Part shown: positions 61,736 to 64,000 of the stretch, in pieces
Position numbering within the stretch: the first letter of the stretch is position 1
Layout of the letters: every line of letters begins with the position of its first letter
Origin: an uncultured delta proteobacterium
GTDB taxonomy: Bacteria > Desulfobacterota > Binatia > Binatales > Binataceae
NCBI GenBank assembly: GCA_963808235.1
Contig: CAWEEQ010000004.1
Coordinates: forward strand, 512,001-576,000
Direction of reading: 5' to 3'
DNA length: 64,000 bases
Made by a program: the position numbers and the translations under genes
Notes under the pieces: generated by a model
Told to the model about the DNA's origin: nothing
The model's database searches: none
The model's input: the letters and a program-made list of their open reading frames with translations, nothing else

Positions 61736-62269
61736 ATGGCCGTTCTGAATGAGGAGAGGAGAAATCCTGCCTTGGATGCGGGGGCTGGCCCCTGCATTCG
61801 CCGCGCCGCCCAATCTGACATACCCGAACTCTCGCGACTGGTCGCCGCGCTCGCGTCATGGGAGGAAGCACTCGATTCGCGCGCGAGTTTCGATTGGGAC
61901 CAAATTCGCGACGCGCCCAACTGGCTGAAGCTGGTGCTCAACCGCGAGCATCATGCGATCTGGGTCGCGAGCCTCGATGATCGCCTCGTCGGCCATCTCT
62001 GGATTCGCCTCAAGCGCCAGCGCGACGGCGCGCTTCCTCAATCGATCGGCTATATCAGCCAGGCTTTTATGGAAGAGACCTTTCGAGGACGCGGGCTAAT
62101 GAAGCCGATGCTCGAGGAGGCTTACGAATGGTTCCGCGGCGCCGGCATCACGGTCGTGACGTTGAGCGTGCTGCATCGCAACTGGATCGGCGCGACGGCG
62201 TGGCATCGCCTGGGTTTCAGCGACTGGCGCGAGGAGCGCCGGATGGACCTGAAGCCGCGCCCGAAATAG
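61736..62269 (+). CDS. GNAT family N-acetyltransferase
   Basis: 'FRGRGL' motif and 'L.V..N..A..W..LGF'; GGAGG RBS. Confidence 0.85.
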   Translation: MAVLNEERRNPALDAGAGPCIRRAAQSDIPELSRLVAALASWEEALDSRASFDWDQIRDAPNWLKLVLNREHHAIWVASLDDRLVGHLWIRLKRQRDGALPQSIGYISQAFMEETFRGRGLMKPMLEEAYEWFRGAGITVVTLSVLHRNWIGATAWHRLGFSDWREERRMDLKPRPK

Positions 62270-62315
62270 CCTGTCTGCATCGTTTTCTGACCAATCGGTA
62301 AGGGGCATATTGTCC

Positions 62316-62360
62316 TTGACAAGCGGGCGTAATTCTTTTACTAGACCAATTGGGTCCAGT
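62316..62360 (+). promoter_or_regulatory. iscS promoter overlapped by a palindromic operator
   Basis: TTGACA-N17-TACTAG; the inverted repeat ACTAGACC-AATTG-GGTCCAGT overlaps the -10 element. Confidence 0.55.
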
Positions 62361-62463
62361 ATTGCGAAGGTGTCGGCTGACGCCTCGTTTTTCGTTTGAC
62401 TGTTGTTCTGAAGTGCTTATACTATACCTAGCAGGTCCACTATTATTGGATACGTGAGAAACG

Positions 62464-63681
62464 ATGCTTAAGACCCCGGTTTACATGGACAATCACGCAA
62501 CGACGCGCGTGGATTCGCGCGTGCTCGAAGCGATGCTCCCGTATTTCACTGAGAAGTTCGGCAACGCCGCCAGCCGCAACCATAGCTTCGGCTGGGAAGC
62601 GGAAGAAGCCGTGGTTCGCGCCCGCGACCAGATTGCGGCGCTGATTGGCGCCAAGTCGAAGGAGATCATCTTCACAAGCGGCGCCACCGAGTCGGACAAC
62701 TTGGCGATCAAAGGCGTGCTCGAGTTCTACAAGGAAAAGGGCAACCACATCATCACCTGCGTCACCGAACACAAGGCGGTGCTCGACAGTTGCCGCGCAC
62801 TCGAGCGGGCCGGCAAGGCGACGGTGACATATCTCCCGGTCGATAAGTACGGGATGGTCGATCCCGATGCGGTTCGCAATGCGATCACCGACAAGACGGT
62901 GCTCATCACGATCATGTGGGCCAACAACGAGATTGGCACGATTCATCCGATCGCCGAGATCGGAAAGATTGCGAAGGAAAAGGGAGTCGTCTTCCACAGC
63001 GATGCGGTCCAGGCGATCGGGAAAGTGCCGGTTGATTTGGAAAAGGCGGGCGTCGATCTCGCGTCGATCACCGCGCACAAGATTTATGGGCCCAAGGGAA
63101 TCGGCGCTATCTACGTTCGGTCGAAGGGACCGCGCGTGCGTTTGAGTCCGATGATGGATGGCGGTGGGCATGAGCGCGGGATGCGCTCGGGCACGCTCAA
63201 CGTGCCGGGAATCGTTGGCCTCGGCGCGGCGTGCGAGCTTGCGGGCAAAGAGATGCCTGAGGAGTCGCAGCGCCTGATCCAGTTGCGCAGCCAGCTCCAG
63301 GCGGGGCTCTTCGAGCGCCTCGACGAGATTTACGTCAACGGTCATCCGACCGAGCGCTTGCCCGGCAATCTGAACGTCAGTTTTGCGTACGTCGAAGGCG
63401 AGTCGCTGCTGATGGGTATCAACGATATCGCGGTGAGCTCGGGCTCGGCCTGCACCTCGGCGACCCTCGAGCCGTCGTACGTGATTCGCGCGCTGGGTAT
63501 CGACGACGAGCTCGCGCACAGTTCGATTCGTTTCGGGCTCGGCCGTTTCAATACGGAAGAAGAGGTCGATTACGTGACCGATAGAGTTTCGAAGGAAGTG
63601 AAGCGGCTGCGCGATATGTCGCCGCTGTACGAGATGGCGAAAGAGGGAATCGATCTCAAGTCGGTCAATTGGAAATCTTAA
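62464..63681 (+). CDS. iscS: Cysteine desulfurase IscS
   Basis: Motifs 'GNAASRNH', 'TSGATES', 'AHK.YGPKG', 'SSGSACTS' and 'LRDMSPL'. Confidence 0.97.
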   Translation: MLKTPVYMDNHATTRVDSRVLEAMLPYFTEKFGNAASRNHSFGWEAEEAVVRARDQIAALIGAKSKEIIFTSGATESDNLAIKGVLEFYKEKGNHIITCVTEHKAVLDSCRALERAGKATVTYLPVDKYGMVDPDAVRNAITDKTVLITIMWANNEIGTIHPIAEIGKIAKEKGVVFHSDAVQAIGKVPVDLEKAGVDLASITAHKIYGPKGIGAIYVRSKGPRVRLSPMMDGGGHERGMRSGTLNVPGIVGLGAACELAGKEMPEESQRLIQLRSQLQAGLFERLDEIYVNGHPTERLPGNLNVSFAYVEGESLLMGINDIAVSSGSACTSATLEPSYVIRALGIDDELAHSSIRFGLGRFNTEEEVDYVTDRVSKEVKRLRDMSPLYEMAKEGIDLKSVNWKS

Positions 63682-63711
63682 GGACGTCGGCGCGATCCAG
63701 GGAAAAAAATC

Positions 63712-64000
63712 ATGGCATATTCAGACAAGGTTATTGAGCACTACAACAATCCGCGCAACGTCGGCAGCTTCGCCAAAGACGAGGCCAATGTCGGCACCGG
63801 CGTGGTCGGTGCGCCCGAGTGCGGCGACGTGATGAAGCTGCAGCTCAAGATTAGCGACGCGGGCGTGATCGAAGATGCGCGCTTCAAGACCTTCGGATGC
63901 GGCAGCGCGATAGCAAGTTCGAGCTACGTCACCGAGCTGGTCAAGGGCAAGCATATCGACGAAGCGATGACGATCAAGAACACCGTCATCGTCAAAGAAT
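63712..64000 (+). CDS. iscU: Fe-S scaffold IscU (truncated by window end)
   Basis: MAYSDKVIEHYNNPRNVGS...GAPECGDVMKLQ...FKTFGCGSAIASSS. Confidence 0.96.
   Translation, partial: MAYSDKVIEHYNNPRNVGSFAKDEANVGTGVVGAPECGDVMKLQLKISDAGVIEDARFKTFGCGSAIASSSYVTELVKGKHIDEAMTIKNTVIVKE

Overview
High-GC bacterial chromosomal window (GC not computed). The gene content is mostly housekeeping: truB, rpsO, pnp, M16 peptidase, dut, purB-C-S-Q-L-F, rpsF-priB-rpsR-DUF2232-rplI, glgC, LpxL-type acyltransferase, PMM/PGM, manC, PBP1B, trmI, secF, iscS and a partial iscU. It is a diderm organism with a deltaproteobacteria-like gene order; Candidatus Binatota is plausible but is only an inference. Accessory blocks: (1) an ECF sigma/small ORF/ZAS anti-sigma/DsbA operon divergent from a bufferin-like RiPP cluster (6-Cys precursor, DUF692 MNIO, DUF2063) that has no DoxX gene; (2) a Tat-exported PaoABC-type molybdoenzyme with an extra 5-Cys microprotein and a double-cupin protein; (3) three tandem secreted Ala/Thr/Ser/Gly proteins built from ~20-aa repeats (predicted flat beta-solenoids), whose junctions are degenerate copies of the 3' end of the adjacent cyclase gene; (4) a ~880-bp nested inverted-repeat cassette around a 73-aa membrane ORF. 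A near-perfect parS site and DnaA boxes inside the pur cluster suggest an origin-proximal location. Two REP-like families are present. Five genes each have one single-base frameshift, probably sequencing or assembly errors. No rRNA, tRNA, CRISPR array or transposase was recognised.
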